Source of the DNA: Saprolegnia diclina VS20 | Lineage: Eukaryota | Reading direction: 5' to 3' | Assembly (NCBI RefSeq): GCF_000281045.1 | Contig: NW_008246089.1 | Coordinates: 206,737 to 270,736, forward strand | Length of the DNA: 64,000 nt | Shown here: piece after piece, positions 63,649 to 64,000 of the stretch | Numbering within the stretch: position 1 is the stretch's first letter | Layout: every line of letters starts with the position of its first letter | Position numbers and translations under genes: made by a program | The notes under the pieces: generated by a model | Told to the model about the DNA's origin: nothing | The model's database searches: none | The model's input: only the letters and a program-made list of their open reading frames with translations

Positions 63649-64000
63649 ACACATAGATTCTATATCCTCGGCACCCCCACCACCACCACAACTTGCATAA
63701 TTGAATAGTATACTTAACACCGTTCCCACTGACCAGTGAGCGCGACGCGCAAAAACAAGTGCTGGACCAACGAGGGGTAGGGTTCCGGCCACAGATGCTG
63801 GCGCATTCTCCATGCTCTCATGGGGAAGAAGAGACTCTACCACAAGGAGCAAAAAAGATATGGGCGCTGGCCGCCGTCGGAGGTTTGACGCTGGCCTGGA
63901 GCACGGGTATACTGACTCGATCGACTCTATACCTTTGCCTGCAAGTTGCACAGTAACTTTGCGCCCACGCACGCTCCTGCTTACTACCGCGTGCGCCGTA

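Overview
This is a gene-dense eukaryotic window with short (about 45-55 nt) GT-AG introns and GC3-rich codons. It is most likely an oomycete (Saprolegnia-like; inferred from the GPCR-PIP5K fusion, the Inr-FPR promoter motifs and the gene families). It carries about 25 protein genes: NBP35, LIN9, GPCR-PIPK, RPS2, a NiCoT-type transporter, SmB, an FBT transporter, FucU, four ENT paralogues, Nup188, NSE4, two VOC-fold paralogues, TGT, CIA30, TRM112, PECR, SAS6-like, CFAP157, an Ig-PH protein and RPA2. There is one 425-N gap. The most notable points are these. (1) A family of Uma2/PD-(D/E)xK-like nuclease genes sits in two homologous head-to-head cassettes, with near-identical inverted 5' arms and mosaic variable patches. 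Every copy retaining the putative catalytic Glu is frameshifted or decayed, and the only intact copy has Glu->Val. (2) A minus-strand cluster of four box C/D snoRNAs at about 44.0-44.4 kb superficially looks like a repeat-spacer array. (3) A divergent, probably non-catalytic VOC paralogue faces away from its intact partner. (4) An unexplained hairpin of about 125 nt lies at 53.65 kb. (5) A CCGGATA motif recurs in promoters. All family calls come from motif recognition by eye; no database searches were run.
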